Shown here one piece after another: positions 36,705 to 45,762 of a stretch of 64,000 nucleotides of DNA (the stretch's first letter is position 1; each line of letters opens with the position of its first letter). A program made the translations under genes and the position numbers. The notes under the pieces were generated by a model. That model did not search any database, was not told the origin of the DNA, and saw only the letters and a list, made by a program, of their open reading frames with translations. The stretch lies in NCBI GenBank assembly GCA_963751455.1, contig CAVVUN010000015.1, positions 1,472,001-1,536,000 on the forward strand, written 5' to 3'. The DNA comes from Nitrospirota bacterium (GTDB lineage Bacteria > Nitrospirota > UBA9217).

Positions 36705-39149
36705 ATGAAAAAGTTCCTGATACCATTGGCGTTTGTCGTTAACATCAGTCTGACCGTCTTCGGTTTCGGGGTCCTGCTCGAATCGCCATACACCGGCTTG
36801 CGGATGAGCGTGTGCGGGGACCACGCCTGCGTCAAGAGCGTGGACAAGAACAGCCCGGCTTACGGCAAGATTCAACCCGGCGACAGGGTCTACGATGTAA
36901 GCGGTTTAAATATTTCCTATCTGATTTTCCATGAAGACCCGGACTACATTCGATTAGAGCGTGACTTCGATAAATTCTGGGAAGCTGAATATGCGTTACA
37001 TGACGCGGTCGTCAGGGGACGGCCGCTGGAGATTTCCGTAGAGAAAGTCGACAGCGTATCCACCGTTTCACTGATACCTGTGGAATTTCCATTCTCTCAG
37101 GCATTTCTTCGAACAGCCCCCATTTATATGGTAGGTTGGACGTTCCTGATTGTCGCGTATCTGGTTTACAGGAAGAAGGCAAACGAAGCATCCAGGATAT
37201 TTTTGCTTGTTGGCGCTTTTGTCTGCATTGACTGGGCCGCAGGCGCTCCCTTTACCGTACGTGACGTTTCCTTTCCCTATATTCCGTTCAGAATATTAAA
37301 CAGGATTGACTTTTTATCCGCATTGATACTGATCTGTTCTTTTCTCCACATGGCGCTCGTTTTTCCAAAAAGGCTCCTGCGTTCGAACCTTCACTCCTGG
37401 ACAGTAGGCGGTCTTTATTCTCTTGCCGTCCTGCTCATTATCTTGCGGTTGATGCATTTTTTCGATAATACGTATCTTACGACCTACACCGCTTTTTCCG
37501 TGGTTCTCACAGCCGTGGTCATCGTGTATACGGTCCAGTATTTTGCCGAGAAAAACCCCATCGTACGGCGGCAGATCAAATGGGTTGTTCTCAGCATCCT
37601 GATCAGCTCGATCATATACGGCGGATTGAGCTCAATTCCGGTACTGCTCGGATCGGAGTTTGTTTCAGTCGCGCTTTCGGGCCTGGGGTTCATCCTAATC
37701 CCGCTCTCCTTTGCGTTCGCCATCACCAGATACCGCCTCATGGAGATCGAGAATATTCTTGACGCCGCCGTCATATACGGCTTCACGGTACTCGTGCTCG
37801 CGGGCGTGGAGGCCGTGTTCCTCAGCTTCGCTTCGCCCTACGTCCTGGCCGGCGGCAAGGGCCTGCCTTACTTCTCCGTGATCGCCGTGCTCCTGATCGT
37901 GTTCATCTACGTCCCGGTCCGCAATTTCATAAAAGGCCTGGTGGAGCGGCTGTTCAAGCGCGGCAGGTATGACGTAGAGAAGGAGCTTCAGCAGTTCACG
38001 ATGAGCCTCGGCCAGTGCGACGAGAGCGAACCTCTCGAAAAATTTACCTTATTCGTAAAGGGCCTGCTCAGGCCATCGGGCGTCATCGTCATGAAAATAG
38101 CGGGCGGGACGGTATCTCTTCTCCACGCCGACAACGAGCATGTGCGTAGTCAGGGTAATGCCGTCCTGGCGAAAGCAGAAGCCGTGTGGGAGCGCGTCCG
38201 GAACAGGGGAACATGTGTCGGCTACGAGATTTCGGAAACGTTCGCCGTTGACGGGTCATTGTTCGCACCCGATCTTGAGAATGCCCTGTTCGTACCCTTC
38301 TTCAGCAATTCCGCCGATGTACGGAGTGGTTATTTGGCAGTGCTGCTCAAGAAGTGGAATGAGACCGCTTATTCCGTCAAGGACGTGACCCTTCTGAACG
38401 CGATCTCGGTCAATATCGCCGGCATTATCGAAGCCGGGGAACTTCGCAGGGAACGCGCAGAGATCGAAGAGAAATTCAGGAAAGAGAAAGACTATGTCAT
38501 GAGAGAGAAAGACTATGTCATGAGAGAGCTTCACGATGGGCTCGGGAATATCCTGACCAGCGTCACGGTCACCTCCCAGGCGGCAGAGAGAATGCTCAAG
38601 AGAGATACCAGCAACGCGAAAGAGCTCGTTGCCCGCATTAGTGAATATTCCTCCGACGCAATGGACTTCATGCGCACAGGCTTGACCATCCTTGACAATC
38701 CCGGCGGCGACGTTGCAACGATCATGGAAACCGTGAAGGACAGATTCGACGCTGCGTTCGAATCGTCCGGGACCGAGCTTCGCATCGATTGCAGTGAAGA
38801 CGCCGGCAGGCAGAGGCCCGGCGCGGTTCTTGCCCTGAATCTTGCCAGGATCATCCAGGAGGCATTTGGCAACATTATGAAACATGCGGGCGCAAAGCAT
38901 GCGTGCGTTCGGGTGGATTGGTCAGGAGGCCGGCTCTCGATGACAATCTCAGACGATGGGAAGGGGTTTTTAGTGGAAGAAAAAAAGACGGGGTTCGGGC
39001 TTAAGAACCTGCTGAAGCGCATAGAAGACATGAGGGGCTCAATGGACGTCTCCTCGTCGCCGGGAAAGGGTACGGAGCTTCGGTTTACGATGCCGCTTGC
39101 GGCCAATGGAGAGGAGGCGGTGGAGACACATGCGCCTGGCAATCGTTGA
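36705..39149 (+). CDS. Membrane sensor histidine kinase (PDZ-like, multi-TM, GAF-like, HisKA_3, HATPase)
   Basis: SPA...IQPGD (PDZ-like); RRQIKW, FAITRYRL; RELHDGLG; QEA..N..KHA, DDGKG, GFGL.N. Confidence 0.88.
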   Translation: MKKFLIPLAFVVNISLTVFGFGVLLESPYTGLRMSVCGDHACVKSVDKNSPAYGKIQPGDRVYDVSGLNISYLIFHEDPDYIRLERDFDKFWEAEYALHDAVVRGRPLEISVEKVDSVSTVSLIPVEFPFSQAFLRTAPIYMVGWTFLIVAYLVYRKKANEASRIFLLVGAFVCIDWAAGAPFTVRDVSFPYIPFRILNRIDFLSALILICSFLHMALVFPKRLLRSNLHSWTVGGLYSLAVLLIILRLMHFFDNTYLTTYTAFSVVLTAVVIVYTVQYFAEKNPIVRRQIKWVVLSILISSIIYGGLSSIPVLLGSEFVSVALSGLGFILIPLSFAFAITRYRLMEIENILDAAVIYGFTVLVLAGVEAVFLSFASPYVLAGGKGLPYFSVIAVLLIVFIYVPVRNFIKGLVERLFKRGRYDVEKELQQFTMSLGQCDESEPLEKFTLFVKGLLRPSGVIVMKIAGGTVSLLHADNEHVRSQGNAVLAKAEAVWERVRNRGTCVGYEISETFAVDGSLFAPDLENALFVPFFSNSADVRSGYLAVLLKKWNETAYSVKDVTLLNAISVNIAGIIEAGELRRERAEIEEKFRKEKDYVMREKDYVMRELHDGLGNILTSVTVTSQAAERMLKRDTSNAKELVARISEYSSDAMDFMRTGLTILDNPGGDVATIMETVKDRFDAAFESSGTELRIDCSEDAGRQRPGAVLALNLARIIQEAFGNIMKHAGAKHACVRVDWSGGRLSMTISDDGKGFLVEEKKTGFGLKNLLKRIEDMRGSMDVSSSPGKGTELRFTMPLAANGEEAVETHAPGNR
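38483..38524 (+). repeat. Perfect 21-bp tandem duplication (EKDYVMR x2)
   Basis: AGAGAAAGACTATGTCATGAG occurs twice, immediately before the H-box. Confidence 0.9.
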
Positions 39150-39753
39150 AGACGCCCCGGCACTTCTTGAGAATCTCAAAATCATCCTGAGCGGCGAGGC
39201 GGACATATCGGTCGTGGGCGCATATGATTGCGCTGAAGATGCGCTTGCCGACCTTGGGCGAGCCGCTCCCGAGGTCATGCTCGTTGATCTCGGACTGCCC
39301 CGGATGTCGGGCCTCGAGCTGATCGCACGAGCGAAAGCGCGTATTCCCAAACTTGACATCCTCGTTTATACCGTGTTCGACGACTGGAAAAACGTGTTTG
39401 CTGCGCTGAAGGCCGGGGCAGCGGGCTACATTCTCAAGGGAACCAAACCGCGGGAACTCATCGAGGCGGTCATCGGCCTGTACGAAGGGGGCGCGCCCAT
39501 GAGCCCGAGGATCGCCAGGATGGTTATCTCCGAGTATCACAGCGAGAGTGCGGGCGACCGGTACGCGCTGACCTCGCGGGAAAAGGAAATTCTCAGCGCC
39601 ATGGACAAGCGCATGTCCTATAAGGAGATAGCGGCCATGATGCACATAAGCCCCCATACGGTCCGCACGCATATTCGGAACATCTATGAAAAACTCCAGG
39701 CCAAGAACAGGGAAGAAGCCTTGATGAAGGCGAAAAAAGACAGCGCTATCTGA
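39130..39753 (+). CDS. NarL/LuxR-family response regulator
   Basis: VED, DLGLP.MSG, GYILK; LTSRE.EIL..SYKEIA..ISPHTVRTHIRNIYEKL. Overlaps the kinase 3' end. Confidence 0.92.
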   Translation: MRLAIVEDAPALLENLKIILSGEADISVVGAYDCAEDALADLGRAAPEVMLVDLGLPRMSGLELIARAKARIPKLDILVYTVFDDWKNVFAALKAGAAGYILKGTKPRELIEAVIGLYEGGAPMSPRIARMVISEYHSESAGDRYALTSREKEILSAMDKRMSYKEIAAMMHISPHTVRTHIRNIYEKLQAKNREEALMKAKKDSAI

Positions 39754-39940
39754 ACATCCTTCGGTGAAATGCCAGTGCCCGCCATATATTTACGCTCCAC
39801 TCACCTTCCCGTCGATTTCTCCATAGAGACCGTTCCAGCGGCTTACCGCTAACTGTTGGCCGTCACTTATTGTAGCGTCTCGCTGTTTAGCGGGCTGTTG
39901 AAAAAGTCTTAAAGCAGTCTTTGCGAGCGTGGTCCCTCAT

Positions 39941-40223
39941 CCTAAAAACGGCATTTGAACACGGATGAACACGGAAACAGCGGATCAAAACAATGTGATA
40001 GAGCAAAAAGCCATCTCGCCTTTTGGGTGAATCCATTACTGTTCGTAACTTCCTATAAACCTAAAAACGGCATTTGGACACGGATGAACACGGAAATAAC
40101 GGATAAAAACAGTGCGATAGAACAAAATAACATCTCGCCCTTTTGGAGAATTATGAAAGAGTTGTATATCTTTGTAAATACGTGTTAATCAGATTTTATC
40201 CGTGTCCAACTGCTTTTTTCAGG
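39941..40223. mobile_element. MITE-like non-autonomous element with 5-bp target-site duplication
   Basis: Left end CCTAAAAACGGCATTTG (repeated at 40060), right end CAACTGCTTTTTTCAGG, flanked by CTCAT at 39936-39940 and 40224-40228. Confidence 0.75.
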
Positions 40224-40230
40224 CTCATTT

Positions 40231-40353
40231 GTCATTGCGAGCCGAAGGCGAAGCAATCTCGCTTTGACACTCGGGATAAACTCCGCAATCTTGCCGCTCA
40301 CACGCCTTAAAAATCGAGATTGCCACGTCGCAAAAATCGCTCCTCGCAATGAC
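40231..40353. repeat. GTCATTGCGAG...CTCGCAATGAC palindromic element
   Basis: 11-bp perfect terminal inverted repeat with inner GCAATCT/AGATTGC arms. Confidence 0.75.
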
Positions 40354-40486
40354 AGCGAGTTTTTATTCAATAACCAATTCGGAGAGCATACCCCAAAAAT
40401 ACCTCACGTGAGGTATTGTTTCTTTCCAGCATTAAATTTATTCTAACAGCGCACTCCATCAACATACTGCAATTATCGCAGGAAAT

Positions 40487-41128
40487 ATGCGACAAATCCC
40501 ACTTATGCGTTTAGCGATCCTTGAAGACAACGTAACTCTCCTGGATAACCTCAGAGTCGTCCTCGGCGGCGAGGGAGGGATAACGGTTGTGGGCGCCTTC
40601 AGTACAGCCGAGGATGCGCTTGCAAACCTGAAGCGGACTTCTCCGGAAATCATGCTCGTAGACATAGGTCTCCCGGGCATCTCGGGAATAGACTTTATCA
40701 AGCTGGCAAAAGCGGAAGATCCAAACCTTGAAATGCTCGTGTATTCGGCCTATGACGACTGGAAAACAGTTTCTTTGGCGTTCAGCGCAGGGGCCATGGG
40801 GTATATCCTCAAAAGCGCCAAGCCGAGGCAACTCGTGGAGGCGATCATGGATCTGTACGAGGGCGGCGCGCCGATGAGCCCCAGGATCGCCAGGATGATA
40901 GTCACGGAATTTCACGCCAAGATCGACAGCGGCGCGGACGTTCTGTCGCAGAGGGAAAGGGAGATCCTCGGCGGGATGGACAAGGGCATGACGTACCGGG
41001 AAATAGCAAAGACCCTTTTGGTGAGTCCGCATACGGTACGTACACATATCAGGAACATTTACGAAAAACTGCCGGCGACAAGCAAATCAGAGGCCCTGCG
41101 GAAAGCGAAGAAAAGCGGATGGCTCTGA
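40487..41128 (+). CDS. NarL/LuxR-family response regulator (paralog of 39130-39753)
   Basis: LED, DIGLP.ISG, GYILK, LYEGGAPMSPRIARM, PHTVRTHIRNIYEKL. The start may be ATG 40505. Confidence 0.92.
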   Translation: MRQIPLMRLAILEDNVTLLDNLRVVLGGEGGITVVGAFSTAEDALANLKRTSPEIMLVDIGLPGISGIDFIKLAKAEDPNLEMLVYSAYDDWKTVSLAFSAGAMGYILKSAKPRQLVEAIMDLYEGGAPMSPRIARMIVTEFHAKIDSGADVLSQREREILGGMDKGMTYREIAKTLLVSPHTVRTHIRNIYEKLPATSKSEALRKAKKSGWL

Positions 41129-41179
41129 CGGGGACGACACTCAAAAAATCGTAAGGACAGCATGTCCGAGGAGGGGATT

Positions 41180-42952
41180 ATGACAAGATCGTGGAAATTA
41201 TCAGTTATGGCTCTTTTAGTCGCGTTGGTATCAGTGTTTGTTGCAGGATGCAGCAAAAGCAGCAGCAGCGGCGCGCCGGCGCAAACGAATTCACTGTCCG
41301 GGATCGTGGCCGCAGGTTCGCCCGTGGCCGGGATCGTGAATATCAAGGGTGCGAACGGAGCGGAAGCGTCATCAACGATCGCATCGAACGGAACCTTTAA
41401 CATCGATGTGAGCGGCCTGACCGCGCCCTATGTCCTGTATGCGGAGGGCACGGTGAACGGCCGGAGCGTGAGCATGTACTCGGCTGCGGTTGCGACCGGG
41501 ACCATCAATATCACGCCGATCACCGATTTTATACTCCGGTACGCCCTCGCAGGGACCGATCCGGCGGCTGCGTACGCGGGTTGGAGCACGACGCAGGTCA
41601 CTGCCGATGCGCTTTCCACCGCGGAAACGAGCGTTCAGAACCAGCTCGAGCCCGTACTGGCTGCCGCGAGCGTGCCTGGAACGGCAAACCTGATGACGGA
41701 TGCTTTTACCGCTGATCACACGGGCATGGACCTGGTGCTCGATACCACGGCCATTTCATACAGCGGAGCCGATGCAACCGTGACGAACCTTGTGACCGGG
41801 TCCACCTACACCGACAGCGTCGCAAGCCCGTCCGGTGCAGCCGGTCTGCCTCCTTCGGACCAGGCGGCGACTGCGGCCTCGTTGACGGACGCTGAAACGA
41901 TCGCCGCGTTCTGGCAGGCGGTCACGACGCTGTTCGCCGCGCAGCCGTCGCAGGCGCAGATCGATGCCACGCTCGCCCCGATGATCGCCGCCGATTACCT
42001 GGAAGACGGCCGGGACAAGGCCTCGCAACTCGTCAACTTTGAGATCCCCGCGGGCATGACGTTCGCCCCGACGATCGTGAAGGCGATCATTCCGGCGCCT
42101 GCCGGATATACCAAGGCGTATGAGATCCGGGTCGTCGCCGCCCTGGGCAGTGTATCAATGACCGTTGAGACAATAATGTCGTATAACGGCGCGAACTGGT
42201 TTTGGTACGGAAACAGGGCCTGGACCAGCTATCTCCTCAGGCCCCTTGCCGAAATGAAAGTGTCCAGCGCGGGCACAGCATCGTTCACAACCAGTCTCGG
42301 CCTGGTCATGAACGACGAAACGTACGACAATCCGGCCTGTACGGTCAAGATGTACGCCTATTGCAACGGCGTGCGTTCGGCCATTATCACCGGCCCCGGC
42401 TTGCCTGCGGGCGGCCTGATATTGACGCATACATATCCTAAGAATGAATTTAGAATTTACAACCAGATGAATAACGCCGACCGGTACGTATTGAGCGACG
42501 ATGCGGCTATCCAAGCCATCCCCGATAATGCCGTGTACACCTTCAACCTCTATGCGGAAACCGCGGATGTCGTGAGCCTGAACAACACGCCGCTTACGAG
42601 CGGAACGTCGCTGAACGCAAAGAGGCCGCTCTTGAACTCGGAACTTTCCGCCGCCCGGTTCCCGAGCCTCTCAACGCCGAGCACTCATGCCCTGGTCGAT
42701 GCCGCGATCCCCGGCATCCAGACCGTAAGCTGGACCGCGCCAACAGGTATGACAGTCTATCACGTATACTGGAACTGGACAGGCGGAGGAAATTTCAACT
42801 ATGCAAGCACCGACGTCGATGATGGCGAGACCACAACGACGATCGATACTACGGGCTTTTCGGCGCCCGATGTGAACACGCAGACCTGGCTTTATGTTTC
42901 ATCAAGAGACGCGTATGAAAGGGAGTACCGGATCGACTGGCAGTTCCAGTAG
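41180..42952 (+). CDS. Large surface lipoprotein, function unknown
   Basis: Lipobox VAGC, Ser linker, G..A.G.PV...V.IK.ANG, NITPITD, F.ADHTG.D.VLD; GAGGAGG RBS. Confidence 0.7.
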   Translation: MTRSWKLSVMALLVALVSVFVAGCSKSSSSGAPAQTNSLSGIVAAGSPVAGIVNIKGANGAEASSTIASNGTFNIDVSGLTAPYVLYAEGTVNGRSVSMYSAAVATGTINITPITDFILRYALAGTDPAAAYAGWSTTQVTADALSTAETSVQNQLEPVLAAASVPGTANLMTDAFTADHTGMDLVLDTTAISYSGADATVTNLVTGSTYTDSVASPSGAAGLPPSDQAATAASLTDAETIAAFWQAVTTLFAAQPSQAQIDATLAPMIAADYLEDGRDKASQLVNFEIPAGMTFAPTIVKAIIPAPAGYTKAYEIRVVAALGSVSMTVETIMSYNGANWFWYGNRAWTSYLLRPLAEMKVSSAGTASFTTSLGLVMNDETYDNPACTVKMYAYCNGVRSAIITGPGLPAGGLILTHTYPKNEFRIYNQMNNADRYVLSDDAAIQAIPDNAVYTFNLYAETADVVSLNNTPLTSGTSLNAKRPLLNSELSAARFPSLSTPSTHALVDAAIPGIQTVSWTAPTGMTVYHVYWNWTGGGNFNYASTDVDDGETTTTIDTTGFSAPDVNTQTWLYVSSRDAYEREYRIDWQFQ

Positions 42953-43091
42953 GTCGGTCCCCTTAAGACGACCGCTCTGCGTTGAAATACGGCGGCCCTG
43001 GAGTCATGGTGCACAGGGTTTTGATTTAGAAGGCGACTTGGATTCTTAATTTTTAGTCGGATCTTTCGCACTCAGAGGAGAACATGACATA

Positions 43092-43511
43092 TGATCACGG
43101 CCACCATGCTCAATTCAAAGTCGAGCAAGCCTTATGTGCAGCACGGCAAGTTGTGCGCGGACCTGAATGTGGACGCCGTGGTTGTTATCCGGTTCGACCT
43201 GGCTACGCGCCCTACACGGCGGTCATAGGGAGCGGACCGGCAAAGGCCTCTGTGTGGCTGCTGACGTCAAGCTGATCAACCGTGATTGCAAGTTCGTGGC
43301 CATGACCCCGGACATCGTGAAGGGTAAGGGCATGAGGATGATTTCGGACAAGAAGGCCGGCATGGTGTCGGATGAGCTCGTGTACAGCGGCTCGGCTGAA
43401 GAGATGTTTCTTGAGGCCATTTCCAGGAATGCGGCGTATTACTTATTGATGAATATCCCAGAAATAAATTCTGATTTTAAATCTTACACGATGACGCTGA
43501 ATTGTATTTAA
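43092..43511 (+). pseudogene. Frameshifted gene fragment
   Basis: Protein-like reading ..KLCADLNVDAVVVIRFDL / GYAPYTAVIGSGPAKASV / AADVKLINRD.. passes through three frames. Confidence 0.4.
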
Positions 43512-43534
43512 AGAACGCCGAATGGGGAGCGAAT

Positions 43535-44593
43535 ATGCACGACAATAAACCGAAAAAAGGGGAATTTGTCAAAGTAGTCTTGGTTTTCGCGCTGCTGGCG
43601 TCGACCGGTTGCGCAACGACCGTTAAGACGAATGTGCTCATGCCGGGCCGAATCGACCAGGCAGCGCAATTCAAGAGTATCGCGGTCATGCCGTTCGAAG
43701 GGACCGATGGAAAAGCGTTTACGTCGGCCGTGGAGAGTGCGCTCGCGGGCGTTATCATCGACGACAAGCAGTATTTTCAGATCGTGGACAGGGGAAGCCT
43801 CGACAAGGCCATGAACGAGATGAAGCTCTCGCTGAGCGGCGTCGTGGACGCGAACACAGCGGCCCAGGTGGGCAGGATGGTAGGGGCCAGGGGCATTTAT
43901 ACGGGCATCGTCACGGCATCCACCTTGAACGACGACCCTTATACCGAAAAGAGGAGAAAGTGTTCGTCCTATAAGACAGTGACCGACAGCAAGGGGAGAA
44001 AGTCCGAGGAATGCACGCGCTGGTACGATAGCGAAGTGTCGTGCACCAAGCGGACGACGTCATTCGCGTTTGCGCCCAAGCTGGTGGAGGTCGAGACCAG
44101 CCGGCTCGTCTACTCGAACACTTACGACAGCGCTCTGGAGTCGAAGGGCTGCTCTGACGAGAGCAAGGGGCTGGAGGACGGACAGATAATGAAAAAGAAA
44201 GCGCAGGAAAGCGCCGTGCAGAAGTTCCGCATGGACGTGGCCCCGTACTACGCGGCCATGGAGTTCACCCTGAAGGACTCCACCGGCGATATCTCTGCGG
44301 ATGCTGCAAAACAGAAGCTCAAGGACGGATTGAAATTCGCGAAAGGCAACAGAATGGACCGGGCCTGCTCGCTCTGGAGCGATGCAAAGGAATCCGCGCA
44401 GGACTCGATCACCATTCTGTTCAACCTGGGCGTGTGCGCGGAAACCCAGGGCAGGCCCGAAGAGGCCCTTGTCCTGTACCGGCAGATCGACAAGACGCTT
44501 ACCAAGCCTGACGACCTGGTAAACAAGGCCCTCGCCCGGGTAACCGACATGGTCGAAAAACGTAAAAAGCTCGGGCAGCAGGTGGCGAAGTAG
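43535..44593 (+). CDS. CsgG/HfaB-like lipoprotein with C-terminal TPR
   Basis: Lipobox STGC; IAV.PF.G, F.IVDR..LD..M.E.KLS.SG.VD..TA..VG..VGA; TPR-like FNLGVCAE..G..EEA...Y. Confidence 0.75.
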   Translation: MHDNKPKKGEFVKVVLVFALLASTGCATTVKTNVLMPGRIDQAAQFKSIAVMPFEGTDGKAFTSAVESALAGVIIDDKQYFQIVDRGSLDKAMNEMKLSLSGVVDANTAAQVGRMVGARGIYTGIVTASTLNDDPYTEKRRKCSSYKTVTDSKGRKSEECTRWYDSEVSCTKRTTSFAFAPKLVEVETSRLVYSNTYDSALESKGCSDESKGLEDGQIMKKKAQESAVQKFRMDVAPYYAAMEFTLKDSTGDISADAAKQKLKDGLKFAKGNRMDRACSLWSDAKESAQDSITILFNLGVCAETQGRPEEALVLYRQIDKTLTKPDDLVNKALARVTDMVEKRKKLGQQVAK

Positions 44594-44635
44594 CGGGATC
44601 GGCAAGAATATTAGCGGGGAGTAGCGGGGACTTCC

Positions 44636-44833
44636 TTGAGCGGCGACTTGCTTGCAAAAGAACCGGCGGACAAGGCGCTCGAAGAAATTGCCAGCGACCC
44701 GGCAAAAGGACCGGCGAAGGAAGTTGAAAGGCTTACCGGCCTGTTCAAGGAGGCCGTTTATATATCGGCCGTCAAATACAGCGATCTTTTGAATGAGGAA
44801 AAAATTAAATTTGCGGAAAAGGCCAAGCGGTAA
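44636..44833 (+). CDS. Short ORF, possibly a C-terminal gene remnant
   Basis: 65-aa helical, charged ORF with a TTG start and no recognised motif. Confidence 0.25.
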   Translation: MSGDLLAKEPADKALEEIASDPAKGPAKEVERLTGLFKEAVYISAVKYSDLLNEEKIKFAEKAKR

Positions 44834-44920
44834 ATGGAAGACCTGTGACACATAGGTATGGAGTGTATGAAGAAGGCACAATATCGCCGAAGTATCTTGA
44901 AGAGGCATAAGGAGGAAACC

Positions 44921-45700
44921 ATGGACGGATTGAAGGTTCGATCAAAGAAGGAAAGCAATGGTTTGGCTGTGACATTGGCGGTCGTTGTTATCATGACCAT
45001 TTCGGGATGCGGCGGGGGCATGCTGAACGTTAAACAGGCCTTCGACGCGTCGACGAAAATGACCGTTATGGAGTTTTTGGTTAAGACGGAATATTTCGGT
45101 GATTCGACCGTCGACTTGAGGGTCCCCGCGCGGTCGACCTTCAATCCCGACACACGCGCGCCGAAGACGTGCCAGGGAAGCTGCGTCATCGAGACGGCGC
45201 CCCTGTCCGCAGGATACCGCGAAATCGCGGAAGGCATCTATAACGAAATGCGGTCGGGGCTTGGGAAGCCGGAGCTGCAATTCGGCAGATGGAGCGAGGT
45301 GCCGTCTAAGAAAGCGGCCTTTGGCATAACCGCACCTGATTGGGGCAAGACGGATCACAAGCTCATCATCTGGCCATATGTCTCCGTGTATTATGACGAA
45401 TCGATCAAGCCGCCCATGAGCAACAAGGGAGCGGAATATTCGTATAATCTGAAGGGAAGCGTGAGCTTCACGATTTGGAGGAAAAACGACAAAGGCAACC
45501 TGGAAGTGGTCAGGCCGAACATGACGGGCCACTATGACTTGGCCAGCGTTTCGCGAAGCGTCGGAAAGCCATCCGCAACGCCTCTTACAATAGCCGAGCT
45601 CGAGAAGCTTATGCCTTCATCTACGATTTTTAATGAACTTCGGGAAAAGAGCCTGGAAGGGGTGAAGCGGTTCGTCAAGGAGCTGAAAGAGGCGAAGTGA
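44921..45700 (+). CDS. Hypothetical lipoprotein
   Basis: AAGGAGG RBS; lipobox ISGC. Confidence 0.7.
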   Translation: MDGLKVRSKKESNGLAVTLAVVVIMTISGCGGGMLNVKQAFDASTKMTVMEFLVKTEYFGDSTVDLRVPARSTFNPDTRAPKTCQGSCVIETAPLSAGYREIAEGIYNEMRSGLGKPELQFGRWSEVPSKKAAFGITAPDWGKTDHKLIIWPYVSVYYDESIKPPMSNKGAEYSYNLKGSVSFTIWRKNDKGNLEVVRPNMTGHYDLASVSRSVGKPSATPLTIAELEKLMPSSTIFNELREKSLEGVKRFVKELKEAK

Positions 45701-45762
45701 CGCTCAGTGCGGGGCTTGATCGGCAAGCCCCGTATTTCTGCTCTCAGGAGGGGAGGGAAGCC

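Noticed and set aside
39941-40146. CRISPR array
   Set aside because: Only two imperfect copies at about 119-bp spacing, similar along most of their length, with no unique spacers or cas genes; better explained as a MITE.
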